In this document: piece by piece, positions 31,687 through 41,748 of the stretch
Position numbering within the stretch: the first letter of the stretch is position 1
Layout of the letters: the number at the start of each line of letters is the position of its first letter
Source: an uncultured delta proteobacterium
Lineage (GTDB): Bacteria; Desulfobacterota; WTBG01; CAIYCZ01; CAIRTM01
Length of the DNA: 54,540 nt
Reading direction: 5' to 3'
Assembly: GCA_963804955.1 (NCBI GenBank)
Contig: CAWDSQ010000019.1
Coordinates: 1 to 54,540, forward strand
Translations under genes and position numbers: made by a program
Notes under the pieces: generated by a model
Databases searched by the model: none
What the model saw: only the letters and a program-made list of their open reading frames with translations
What the model was told of the DNA's origin: nothing

Positions 31687-32301
31687 TTATTCTCCAAACA
31701 GAAATGCGCGCATCCTGGGCCGAAGATATTCCTTGAAATACTCCCTGAAATCCTCATCGGTAAGGCTGATTTTATACGTTGAGCCGCTCGGCTGCACCTG
31801 GAAGCCGGCCTTGATGTTTTTTGCAAATCGCAGCTTCAGCCCTGCGGCAAGCTCCCGGCTGAGGCCCGCTTCCAGCGCAGCACCAAGCCGCTCGCGCTGC
31901 GCCTCGGGCAGCAGCACTTCAATGCCCGATAATCCCCCGGTTGCGGGGTTCCAGTTCTGCAGGATTATTTTAAGAAATTCTGTGATGGTTGCGGTATCGG
32001 AAAGGGATGCCGTGAGCGGCTTTTCCACCACGGGGGCTGTGATTGCGTCAAGCATTTGCTGCTTGAGAGAGTTCATGGCCTGTGTTGCCGCCAGGCGCAT
32101 ATCGGACTCCATGTTCTGCTTCGTATCGGCTGCTTTTTTCTGCGCTTCGGCGACGATTTTTTCGGCCTCGCGGCGTGCGCCGTCGATGATTGCGGCGGAC
32201 TGCTTGTCGGCTGCGGTTATAATTTCACCGGCCTGCTGCTCGCCTTTTTCAACGCCTTCGCGGTAGATTTTTTCAGTGAGTTCCTGAAGCTTGCTGTCCA
32301 T
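31687..32301 (-). CDS. ntpE: V/A-type ATPase subunit E
   Basis: MDSKLQELTEKIYREGVEKG..YKISLTDEDFREYFKEYLRP; ATG start at 32301. Confidence 0.9.
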   Translation of the reverse strand: MDSKLQELTEKIYREGVEKGEQQAGEIITAADKQSAAIIDGARREAEKIVAEAQKKAADTKQNMESDMRLAATQAMNSLKQQMLDAITAPVVEKPLTASLSDTATITEFLKIILQNWNPATGGLSGIEVLLPEAQRERLGAALEAGLSRELAAGLKLRFAKNIKAGFQVQPSGSTYKISLTDEDFREYFKEYLRPRMRAFLFGE

Positions 32302-32606
32302 GCATGAACCTTCCTGTATTGATTTTGCTGCATTTCGTGATACAGCCATGCCCGCATCCCGCAGCCCTTCGAGCATTACGATTCCCGTCATGGCGGCCCG
32401 GAGCGGCAGCCGGCTGACTCCGCAGGAGCTGTTGCAGGGCTCTACTGATGCTTAATTTTTAAACATATAACAAATGCACGGGGTAAAAGCAAATTCTAAC
32501 AAATGCAGAGGAACGAGGAAGATAGGGAGCCCGGAAACAGGGATAAGGGTTTGGGGTTTAGTGAGCAGGGCGCATGACAGAAAAAATTATCCTGCCCGCA
32601 AACGCA

Positions 32607-32634
32607 GTAGGGGCTCCAAATTTCGAGCCATTGC
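32607..32634. repeat. Degenerate GTAG-type REP
   Basis: GTAGGGGCTCCAAATTTCGAGCCATTGC, related to 11927. Confidence 0.55.
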
Positions 32635-32711
32635 GGAAAACCCGGAGTGCCGTCCGGTGAGAATGCCTTCCCTCAAAGGGGACCGGGACTTTTTACTGGA
32701 GTATCAGACTC

Positions 32712-34149
32712 TCAAAAAGGAAATCTGTCGACTCTGAATGAATACGAATGCGTCACTTTTGTTGGCATTTTGAGGGCGTTTTCCCGGGATACAGTGTTTT
32801 GCATCTCTTTTTCCCGGACCTCTGCTGCTTGATCATCAGCGCTGCGTGCATGCGTTGGGTGAGGGTTCCAGCCGACAACAGCAATCATGATCTGGAAGGC
32901 TATGACATATGCCACCGTTACATGCCAGCCCTTGCCGATATAGGCCAGAGTGTTTTTAGTTTGCGGATACATGTTGGATAAAGCCACTCCCGCTGATGAA
33001 CCGAACCAGATCATGGAGCCGCCGAAGCCGACGCTAAAGGCCAATACTCCCCAGTCATAGCCACCCTGCTCAAGGCACAGTTTGGTCAGCGGTATATTGT
33101 CAAATACCGCGGAAACAAAACCCCAGGTAAATGCAGACCACATCGAGGCCGCAGGCAGTTCATGTACCGGCATTAAGGAAGCAATAGTTACCAGCGACAG
33201 GAGAAACACGGTGCCCTGCCAGGCATTTTTAATTTCCCGCCAGGGTGTGGTGCTGAACAGTGCGCCCAGAGCAATGGCAATCCATACGCCGAGAGCGGGG
33301 AAATCAAACAGCACATTGGCGGCTATGGCGCCCGCTAAAATCATGAGAACGACGAAGAGTTTATTCCATTTTATTGTAACGTTTTCGGGTGCGTCTTTGG
33401 TAATCGGGTTGAATCTATGCTGCTGCAGCGAGCCGACCACTCCGAAAATCGTGAAGGCGGCAATCGATGCGACAAAAGCATGGCTGACATCAAAGGGACT
33501 GACGCCATCAATCCACATAAGCGTCGTTGTGGTATCCCCGACTACGCTGCCTGCGCCGCCGGCATTGGAGGCCGCAACAATGGCAGCCAGATAGCCGAGA
33601 TGCACTTTTCCCTTGAAAACAACCAGGGCAATGGTGCCGCCGATCATGGCAGCGGCGATATTATCCAGGAATGAAGAAATCACCATGATAAACAGCAGCA
33701 GGAAAAGGCCGCCGGTCCAGTTGTCGGGTAAAATCTTCGGAAGAAAATCCGGTATGCCCGATTCTTCAAAATGCTTGGCTAAAATGGCAAAGCCGAACAG
33801 CAGACCCGCTAAATTGAGCAAAACAGGCCATTCGCCCTGGCGCAGTTCTTTATCAATAATCTGGGTGAAAAAATCCTGTGTGCCGAGAAAATGCTGCGGC
33901 AAAGTGTAAACCGGGGTCGAAAACAAGCTTAAAAAGAATTATGGCAGCAAGGCCTGCCAGGGCCACATGCATGGTTTTATCGTGCAGTAAAGCTACGCCA
34001 AGCAGGGTAAGCGCAAAAATGATAAACTCAAAACGAACCGGCCCTATGGCGGGCACAGCACCTGCATCAGCGGCAAAAGCAGTGAGCGGTAACAACAGCA
34101 GTGCGGAAAGAGCTATGAAAAATGCCGGCGTTTTTTTTGAAACCACCAT
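32712..34149 (-). CDS. NhaD/ArsB/CitM (ion-transporter superfamily) permease, probable cation/H+ antiporter (one frameshift near 33900)
   Basis: SSFLDNIAAA, ASNAGGAGSVVGDTTTT, SAVFDNIPL, GGSMIWFGSSAGV motifs. Confidence 0.78.
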
Positions 34150-34330
34150 AATATCCTCCCAAAATATTAGGTTTTCAAAAGTTCCATAAACTTAATTATC
34201 TATATATTTGTATATAAATTATTAGCTTACTAAATAATAGGCTCGTTGCATCTGAGTGTCAAGGTAATATTGGGAAATTTTTGGCTTGGTATCGGGGAGG
34301 CGGTAAGTGCGGCCTTGCAGCTATGCACAT

Positions 34331-34370
34331 AAAAACAGCCGGGATCCACAGGGGATCCCGGCTGTTTTAT
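34331..34370 (-). terminator. Rho-independent (bidirectional) terminator after map-def
   Basis: AAAACAGCCGGGATCC-loop-GGATCCCGGCTGTTTT perfect stem. Confidence 0.8.
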
Positions 34371-34446
34371 TCATTTATATTTTCAGGCTCCGAAGAAAGC
34401 CACCGGCCGGTGGCCCTGCTTTGGGAAGACGCCTTAGAAGCGGCGG

Positions 34447-34955
34447 TTACAGCTCTTCATCGGCCTGCTCTGCCGCCTGCAGCTTGCGGTATTTCCTGAT
34501 GGCCAGATCGCGCTTGAGGCGCGACAGGCGGTCGATGATGAGCAGGCCGTCGAGATGATCGATTTCGTGCTGAAACGCCCGGGCAAGCAGGTCTTCGGCA
34601 TCAAAGGTCAGCTCCTTGCCGTTGAGGTCATAGCCCTTGACCTGGACTTTGGCGTGGCGCTTGACGTCAACGGTCAGTTTCGGCAGGCAGAGGCAGCCCT
34701 CTTCGCTTTTTTCAGGCCTTCACACATGGTTATGCGCGGATTGATGAGCGTGATAAGGCCCTCGCCGATGTCCACGGCGATGATTTTTTTCAGTATTCCC
34801 ACCTGCGGAGCTGCAAGCCCCACGCCCTTTGCCCGGTACATGGCCTCTGCCATGGCGGCGCTGGTTTTTACGATGTCATCATCGATGTTTTCCACGTTGC
34901 CGCACTTTTTGCGGATCAGGGGATTGGGATAGGTGAGTATTTCAAGCTTTGCCAT
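34447..34955 (-). CDS. def: Peptide deformylase (one frameshift in an A-run near 34710)
   Basis: GVGLAAPQVG, EEGCLCLP, FQHEIDHLDG. Confidence 0.92.
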
Positions 34956-34958
34956 GTG

Positions 34959-35744
34959 CTATGTTCCTGCCGTAGCTGCCGCGCCCTGCGGCGCCTCAAG
35001 ACGGCTTAAAATAATAGGGCCATTACTGGTGATGGCGATGGTATGCTCGAAATGGGCAGACAGCTTTTCATCCCGCGTTACAGCGGTCCAGCCGTCCTGA
35101 AGAATTTTTACTTTGTAGGTGCCCTGATTGACCATGGGCTCAAGGGCAAACACCATGCCCTGCTTCAGGCGCGGATTGTAGGCCGCAGGCGTATAAAAAT
35201 TGGGAATTTGCGGATCCTCATGCAGGTTGCGGCCGATGCCGTGGCCGACAAAGTCGCGCACCACGCTGAAGCCCGCAGCCTCGACATGCGTCTGGACGGC
35301 GATTGAAATGTCTGACAGGCGGTTGCCCTCCCGCGCCTTTTCAATGCCGAGATACAGCGATTCTTCGGTTACGCGCATGAGACGCTCGGCCTCGGCGTTT
35401 ATGGCCCCGACACCCACGGTAATGGCCGCATCGCCATAGTAGCCGTCCAGCAGCACGCCGATATCAAGGCTGACGATATCCCCTTTTTTGAGCGCCCGCT
35501 TGCCCGGTATGCCGTGCACGACCTCTTCGTTTATGGAAATGCACAGCGTGGCCGGATAGCCCCGGTAGCCCTTGAAGGCCGGAATGCCTCTGTGCCTGCG
35601 GATATACTCTTCTGCAATGCGGTCAAGTTCAGCTGTGGTGATGCCGGGCTTGATATGGCTGCGGAGCTCTTCAAGGGTTTCGGCAACCATGATATTGGCC
35701 CGGTGCAGCAGGCGGATATCTTCTGTGTTTTTGAGCAGAATCAT
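34959..35744 (-). CDS. map: Type I methionine aminopeptidase
   Basis: CISINEEVVHGIP, GYYGDAA, GHGIG..HEDP, LEPM, SAHFEHT. Confidence 0.96.
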   Translation of the reverse strand: MILLKNTEDIRLLHRANIMVAETLEELRSHIKPGITTAELDRIAEEYIRRHRGIPAFKGYRGYPATLCISINEEVVHGIPGKRALKKGDIVSLDIGVLLDGYYGDAAITVGVGAINAEAERLMRVTEESLYLGIEKAREGNRLSDISIAVQTHVEAAGFSVVRDFVGHGIGRNLHEDPQIPNFYTPAAYNPRLKQGMVFALEPMVNQGTYKVKILQDGWTAVTRDEKLSAHFEHTIAITSNGPIILSRLEAPQGAAATAGT

Positions 35745-35908
35745 GAAATAAAAAAGTGCAAAAAGTATATTAGAAAACAATTAACATATAACAAATAACA
35801 TACTTAAAAGCAAACGCAAAGCCCCATATCCTGGTTGACAGGCCGGCGGTCTCGTACCATAAGCACGGGATACTATTTTGCAACCCGATCACAAAGGAGA
35901 GTCTGCTT

Positions 35909-36499
35909 ATGCGCAGGGCCGTATTTTTAGACCGCGATGGAACACTGAATGTGGAGAAAGGCTATATCAGCGATGTTGATGCTCATAGAGCTGTACCCGG
36001 GGGCTGCGCGAGCTGTGCGCCTGCTCAACGATGCGGGCATTCCGGCCATCCTTGTCACCAACCAGACGGGCGCTGCCCGGGGCTATTATACGATTGAGCA
36101 TGTGCATGCGCTTAACCGCCGGGTGGCTGAGCTGCTCATGCAGGAGGCAGGCGCGCGGCTCGACGCCGTGTACTTCTGCCCGCATTATAAGGACGGCATA
36201 GTCCCCGAGTTCACCAAAGACTGCGACTGCCGCAAGCCCGCGCCCGGCATGATCCTGCAGGCCGCGCAGGACTTCCCCGATATCGACCTGTGCGTCCTCG
36301 TTTGTGGTCGGCGACAAGGCAACCGATATCACGTTTGCCCGCAATGCCGGCTGCCGCGGGATACTTGTGCGCACAGGCTATGGCGAGCAGGTGCTTGCTG
36401 GAGAGTATCAGGAACTTAGAGGTGCAGCCTGAAAAGGTGTGCGCGGATATCACCGAGGCGGTTGCCTATATTTTGTCGCAGCCGCAATCCCGGGCCTGA
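35909..36499 (+). CDS. gmhB: D-glycero-D-manno-heptose-1,7-bisphosphate phosphatase (HAD IIIA; two frameshifts)
   Basis: AVFLDRDGTLN, VTNQTG, FCPH, CDCRKPAPGM, VGDK. Confidence 0.88.
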
Positions 36500-37017
36500 A
36501 GCAGTAGGGGCACGGCATGCCGATGTCCCTACTTCACCCTGCCAGTTTTTAATCATGGCAATGATGTTTGACGAGGCGTGGTCTTTGGGGTCGCCCACGA
36601 TGGCGATTTCGCCGCCATAGGAGAGCACGGTTGCGCGCTCGGGCACGGTTTCTTTTGTGTAGTCCGTGCCCTTGGCATGCACATGGGGTTTGAGCTTAAG
36701 AAGCAGGCTGTCAACGGTCGGGTCTGAGAATATGGTCAGAAGATCGACGCATTCAAGGGCCGCCATAAGCTCAAGGCGCTCGTCTTCGGGGATGAGGGGA
36801 TAGTCGGCCCCTTTATTTTTTTTGATCGAGCTGTCGCTGTTGAGCGCCACCACCAGCACATCGCCGCGGCTGCGGGCATCCACCAGGCTTCGCACATGCC
36901 CCACATGCAGCAGGTTGAATCCGCCATTGGTGAACACGATGCGCTTGCCCTGTTTTTTCAGGCGCCTCGACTGTTCCGCGCAAGCTCGTCATGGTCTTTG
37001 ATGATTTTATGGCTCAT
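36416..37017 (-). CDS. ADP-heptose synthase adenylyltransferase domain (RfaE domain II/HldC; frameshifted, 3' end uncertain)
   Basis: [38 protein letters not shown]. Confidence 0.85.
36504..36532. repeat. GTAG-type REP palindrome
   Basis: GTAGGGGCACGGCATGCCGATGTCCCTAC, between convergent gmhB and the hldC-like gene. Confidence 0.75.
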
Positions 37018-38060
37018 GGATTTCCTGTGGCATAAAATATTGTAGGGGCGTATGGCCATACGCCCTACATTCTTTCCGTATGCGGCAATGGCAGCCTTGA
37101 GTTCCTCTGCGGCAAGCGTTGCCGTGCCGGGCTTCATGACGACAACCGAGGCACCGTAGTTGGCAAGGCGCGCGGCCTGAGGGAAAGCGGCGCCGGCCAC
37201 CAGGGACAGAGTTACCAGCGATACCACGGTATCGCCTGCGCCCGTGACATCGGAAATCTTGTCGCTGCCCGACAACAGGAATGTGCAGGGGTGTTTTATC
37301 CGGCTCGAAAAGCGTCATGCCCTTGTTGCCCTGCGTGATAAGCGCCGCCCGGCATTTGATGAGCCGCAGCAGCTTCCGCCCGGCCCGGTGCAGGCTGGCC
37401 TCGTCCTGTATGGCGATGCCGGTGATCTGTTCTGCCTCGGACTGGTTGGGCGTGATGATGGTGGCGCCTTTGAAAGCGGCCATATGGTAGCGCGAATCAA
37501 CAGCCACGATTTTATCGCGGGCGCAGTGCCTGATAAAGGCGAGTATTTTTTTGGTGAAGATGCCGTAGCCGTAATCCGATACGATCAGCGCATCGATGTC
37601 GGGCAGAATGCGTTTTAAATATGCCAGCAGGCGCTGCTCTTTTTCTGCTGAAAGCTGTATTTCCCTATCGCGGTCGATGCGGATTATCTGCTGCTTGGTG
37701 GTGTTGTCGTCACCCGCCAGTATCCGGGTTTTCATAATGGTGCTGTATGACGGATCGAGCACCATGCCGTCCATGTTCGGGCATTTATCGGCAATAAGGG
37801 AAAAAAGACGTCTCGCCGAAATAGTCGCGCCCGAGCAGTCCCACAGGGTACACCTGAGCCCCGAGGTCCAGCAGGTTATTCACCGTATTGGCAGCCCCGC
37901 CCGGCACCAGTTCCTCGGAATCATAGCGCACCACGATGACCGGTGCCTCGCGGGAGAGGCGGTGGGGTTTGCCGTAGATGAACACATCGGCGGTCATATC
38001 GCCGATGACGCAGATGCGCGCTTTTGAGAACTGCCTGATTATGCTTGTGTAGGTTGCCAT
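37007..38060 (-). CDS. Heptose-7-phosphate kinase (RfaE domain I/HldA, PfkB family; frameshifted)
   Basis: [45 protein letters not shown]. Confidence 0.88.
37042..37068. repeat. GTAG-type REP palindrome at the hldA/hldC junction
   Basis: GTAGGGGCGTATGGCCATACGCCCTAC. Confidence 0.8.
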
Positions 38061-38091
38061 GGCTGTGCCGTATCCTGAATTTCCATGTAGG

Positions 38092-38255
38092 CAGTGACTG
38101 AACGAAAAGCCGTTTTTGTGTTGGGTTAAGCCCGAAAGAACCCGTTGGGTTTCGTGCCTCCACCCAACCTGCGCAAAAATAACTGCTCGCGAAAAAGCAC
38201 TGTCATAAGGGCGAACCCAACAAATGTAGGGTTCAAGGTTTTCGTTCAGACACTG
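38092..38255. mobile_element. 164-bp MITE-like element carrying a REP
   Basis: 17-bp terminal IR with 1 mismatch (CAGTGACTGAACGAAAA / TTTTCGTTCAGACACTG); internal GTTGGGTTTCGTGCCTCCACCCAACCTGC REP. Confidence 0.55.
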
Positions 38256-38414
38256 GGTGCTCTGCTGGCTCATAGGACTAAAACATCTCAGGAGTTTTCA
38301 CAAGGAAAAAATAGTGCGCCCTCCCCTGCTCCTGTCCGGGAGATGCAGCCAACCTGCGATTGACAAACCCTGAGGCCTGTGATAGCTCTACTGAGCATCT
38401 GTCGGGGGACAACC

Positions 38415-38988
38415 ATGGAATCCATAAGAACCTTCATTGCTCTTGAGCTGCCTGCCGAGCTCAAGGCGGGCCTCGCCCGCATGCAAAAGACCTTCATGCA
38501 GAGCACCGCGGGCGTAAAATGGGTTCGGCCCGAGTCTATTCACCTGACGCTGAAATTTTTAGGCGCCACAAGCATGGAGCACGTGGATACGGTCTGCGGG
38601 GTTCTTGATCACCTGACCCGGAATGCGGCGCCGTTTTCTTTTGACGTTACCGGCATGGGCGCTTTTCCCAACAGCCGCAATCCCAAGGTCATCTGGGCAG
38701 GCATGCAGGTTGAAGACCGCCTGAAAGCATTTCACGAGGAGCTTGAAACAGCCCTTGCCGCTATGGGGTTTGCACGCGGAAGACCGTCCTTTTGCCCCGC
38801 ACCTGACTCTGGGCAGGCTCAGAGACGGCCTTGCGCGCAAGGATATTGCAGGGCTCATTGAGCAGTTCAGCTCAGAGCGGTTCGGCCGTTTTGAGGCGGA
38901 CCACATCATTTTTTTCAAAAGCGAACTGAAGCCATCGGGGCCGGTCTATACGGCAATTAAAGATATCACGCTAATGAAAAACGCTTAA
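38415..38988 (+). CDS. thpR: RNA 2',3'-cyclic phosphodiesterase (2H family; one frameshift near 38775)
   Basis: IRTFIA, HLTLKFLG and FAPHLTLGR HxT motifs; upstream of recA. Confidence 0.88.
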
Positions 38989-39003
38989 AAGCGGAGGAAA
39001 CAG

Positions 39004-40065
39004 ATGAGCAAAGAAACAGCACGGGACAAAGACGCAGCACGGGACAAGGAAGCCAACAAGGAAAAGGCCATAGAAATGGCCGTGAGCCAGATTGAAAAAC
39101 AGTTCGGCAAGGGGGCTATCATGCGCCTCGGGGTTGAAGGAGCGCTGGTTCATGACATAGCGGTCATTCCCACCGGTTCGCTCAGCCTTGACATAGCCCT
39201 GGGCCTTGGCGGCATTCCGCGGGGCAGGGTAATTGAGATATTCGGGCCCGAATCTTCCGGCAAAACCACGCTGGCGCTGCAGATCATTGCCGAGGCCCAG
39301 AAAACGGGCGGCTCCGCAGGGTTTATCGATGCCGAGCATGCCCTGGATGTAACCTATGCCCGCAAGCTGGGCGTGAAGACCGACGAGCTGCTTATTTCCC
39401 AGCCCGACAGCGGCGAGCAGGCCCTTGAGATCTGCGAAGTGCTGGTGCGCAGCGGCGCTTTGGACGTGCTGGTTGTCGACTCGGTTGCAGCTCTTGTGCC
39501 CAAGGCGGAAATTGAAGGCGATATGGGCGATTCGCACATGGGCCTGCAGGCCCGCCTCATGTCGCAGGCACTGCGCAAGCTTACCTCAGCCATCAGCCGC
39601 TCCAAGACATCGGTCATTTTCATCAACCAGATTCGCATGAAAATCGGGGTCATGTTCGGCAATCCCGAGACCACCACCGGCGGCAATGCGCTGAAATTTT
39701 ACGCAAGCGTGCGCATGGACATACGCAAGATCGGCATGATCAAGGATGGCGAGAACGTGATCGGCAACCGCACCAGGGTGAAAATCGTGAAGAACAAGAT
39801 CGCCCCGCCGTTTCGGGAGGTTGAGTTCGACCTGATGTTCGGCGAGGGGATTTCCCGCGAAGGGGATATTCTTGATCTCGGCGCTGCCCAGAATATTATC
39901 GATAAAAGCGGCGCATGGTTTTCCTACAAAAGCGACCGCCTCGGCCAGGGCCGGGAGAATGTAAAAAACTATCTGAAAGAGCATCCGGAAATCATGGCGG
40001 AAATCGAGCTGGCTATTCTTGAGAAGGCGGGGCTGGCAAAGCCTGTCCTTGAGGCGGCAGATTGA
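39004..40065 (+). CDS. recA: Recombinase A
   Basis: [47 protein letters not shown]. Confidence 0.99.
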   Translation: MSKETARDKDAARDKEANKEKAIEMAVSQIEKQFGKGAIMRLGVEGALVHDIAVIPTGSLSLDIALGLGGIPRGRVIEIFGPESSGKTTLALQIIAEAQKTGGSAGFIDAEHALDVTYARKLGVKTDELLISQPDSGEQALEICEVLVRSGALDVLVVDSVAALVPKAEIEGDMGDSHMGLQARLMSQALRKLTSAISRSKTSVIFINQIRMKIGVMFGNPETTTGGNALKFYASVRMDIRKIGMIKDGENVIGNRTRVKIVKNKIAPPFREVEFDLMFGEGISREGDILDLGAAQNIIDKSGAWFSYKSDRLGQGRENVKNYLKEHPEIMAEIELAILEKAGLAKPVLEAAD

Positions 40066-40152
40066 TGCAGTGCGCATACAGGCACACAAACTGTTTTTAG
40101 CTAAAAAACGGGCTCACAGGGGTGGGGGTACCCCTCATGCTACTGATTTGAG

Positions 40153-40315
40153 AACCCCTTCTCCCCTTGCGGCAGAAGGCCGGGATGAAGGTTCTATATA
40201 AAATGCCTCCTTACCTCAATCTTCTCCCCCTTGCGGGGGCGAGGAGGAAATATGCCGGCCTGGTTAATCCCCCTTTGCTAAAAGGGGGAATTTTCTCGCC
40301 CCCTTTTTTGTGGGG
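40153..40315. repeat. Cluster of degenerate intergenic palindromes between recA and recX
   Basis: CCCTTCTCCCCTTGCGGCAGAAGG, CTCCCCCTTGCGGGGGCGAG, TCCCCCTTTGCTAAAAGGGGGA, GCCCCC..GGGGC hairpins. Confidence 0.55.
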
Positions 40316-40350
40316 CTTTGAACTAACGTGCTTCACCTTCCCTGCAGCCA

Positions 40351-40827
40351 ATGGAAAATAATCTTACACTTCAAAAAGCTCTTGATACAGCCTACCGGCT
40401 TCTGGCAGGCCGTCCGCATACGCGGGCTGAAATCAAGCGCAAGCTTTCCCGCAAAGGCGCCGGCGCTGACATCATCGTTCAGGTGCTTGATGAGCTGGCG
40501 CGCAAGGGCTATATTGATGAAGACGACATGGCGCTGCGGTGGGCGCAGGCTCTGGTGCGCGACAGGTTATGGGGGCCCCTGAAAATTTCCGTCTATCTCA
40601 TGCAAAAAGGCCTCGGCCGCGATCTGATCGATCAGGTGCAGCGCCGGGTCTGGCAGGAATTTGACGAATCCGAGATTGCCGGACTTGCGCTGCACAAGCG
40701 TTTTGGCGGCACAAACGATGCGGCCCCTGCTGCCAAAAAGGCTGCATTTCTTCGCTCGCGGGGTTTTTCATCCGGGGTGATTTACAGCCTTGCAAAAGAG
40801 CCTGCCCGCGATGATTGTTATGATTGA
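40351..40827 (+). CDS. recX: Regulatory protein RecX
   Basis: AYRLLAGRPHTRAEIKRKL, GYIDE, WGPLKI, FLRSRGFS; downstream of recA. Confidence 0.9.
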   Translation: MENNLTLQKALDTAYRLLAGRPHTRAEIKRKLSRKGAGADIIVQVLDELARKGYIDEDDMALRWAQALVRDRLWGPLKISVYLMQKGLGRDLIDQVQRRVWQEFDESEIAGLALHKRFGGTNDAAPAAKKAAFLRSRGFSSGVIYSLAKEPARDDCYD

Positions 40828-41009
40828 GGCTGCATTGCAAGCAGGCCTGCATGTGTGCGCCGCAGGTTTTTTGCGGCGCCAAACGGCTGAAAGACAATGG
40901 CTTTAAAATATGAATTTTACCTCTTTTTAGAGCCCTGCCCTGCCGGGAAAAGCCGAAAATACTGCTGCCGGGGGTTGAAAAAAACACGCGCGCGGCCCTA
41001 AATATAAAA

Positions 41010-41038
41010 TTGACAATTATAGTACAATAAAATATATA
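41010..41038 (+). promoter_or_regulatory. sigma70 promoter of the RRM-rpsU operon
   Basis: TTGACA (41010-41015), 17 nt, TATATA (41033-41038) with an AT-rich UP-like region. Confidence 0.65.
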
Positions 41039-41043
41039 TATAA

Positions 41044-41346
41044 GTTGTGGGACGAAGTGTGCTCGACTTCACAAGATCGTTCGGTCTTGTAATGGCGAAA
41101 TCAGCAATCACTCCTCCGCCTGAACACGTGAGCATTTTTGCTTGTGGGTGACCGAAGATCGAATTGCTTTTGAACAGTATGTTGCCTGCGATATAATTTT
41201 TTTTTGACGTTGCTCCGCGACCCGCGGACTCCAGTCCAGTATATAGTTTGCAGCAATCGTCCCACGTGGGAACTTTCTTGAAAGTCGTGTGCAGGATATA
41301 ATACAGCCTTGCCGGTTTTGCTGACTGACGGAAATCCCCATACAAC
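41044..41346 (+). ncRNA. Candidate ~300-nt structured leader or cis-regulatory RNA
   Basis: Begins at the predicted TSS; ends pair (GTTGTGGGA / TCCCCATACAAC); multiple internal hairpins; no convincing ORF. Confidence 0.5.
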
Positions 41347-41378
41347 CAATACCTATTTCATTTAAAGGAGAGTAGAAG

Positions 41379-41744
41379 GTGGAGAAAAAACTTTACGCGG
41401 GCAATCTGTCGTATAACACAACAGAGGATGATCTCAGGCAGCTGTTTTCACAGTTTGGGGATGTTGAATCTGTTAAACTGATAACCGACAAGGAAACAGG
41501 ACGTCCGAAAGGATTCGGTTTTGTGGCCATGGGCTCTGAAGAAGCGGCTCAAAAGGCTGTGGCTGAACTCAATGGCACGTCATTCATGGAAAGAAATATA
41601 ACCGTTGCTGAAGCTCAGCCTGAAAAGCCCAGAGAAAATCGCGGGTTTGGCGGCAACCGGGGCGGCTTCGGTGGAGACCGGGGAGACCGGGGCGGTTTTG
41701 ATAGAGGCCGGGGAGGACGCGGGCCTGGGAGAGGGGGGAGATAA
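41379..41744 (+). CDS. RRM RNA-binding protein with RGG-rich tail
   Basis: RNP2 LYAGNL, RNP1 KGFGFV, C-terminal GGNRGGFGGDRGDRGG; AAGGAG SD. Confidence 0.93.
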   Translation: MEKKLYAGNLSYNTTEDDLRQLFSQFGDVESVKLITDKETGRPKGFGFVAMGSEEAAQKAVAELNGTSFMERNITVAEAQPEKPRENRGFGGNRGGFGGDRGDRGGFDRGRGGRGPGRGGR

Positions 41745-41748
41745 GTTA

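Noticed and set aside
32302..32391. N-terminal extension of V-ATPase E (and similar ORF-track extensions at 11404-11499, 18496-18624, 35745-35780, 41605-41748)
   Set aside because: Family similarity starts at the downstream Met, several of which have their own SD
36416..38060. Single fused bifunctional HldE
   Set aside because: In-frame continuity depends on a REP that lacks one C relative to its own palindrome; the second domain has its own Met, so two genes are more likely
38260..39003. LexA box upstream of thpR-recA
   Set aside because: No convincing match to LexA motifs I know; nearby GAAC/GTTC words belong to the MITE terminal repeats
39354..40089. Long antisense ORFs opposite recA (likewise opposite the V-ATPase, cysN, AlkP and PHP genes)
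   Set aside because: Shadow frames of GC-rich coding sequence with no family motifs
41044..41346. tmRNA, RNase P, SRP, 6S or c-di-GMP riboswitch
   Set aside because: No tRNA-like ends, no GAGGAAAGTCC, no SRP GGAA/CAGG loop, too long and branched for 6S, no GEMM consensus visible
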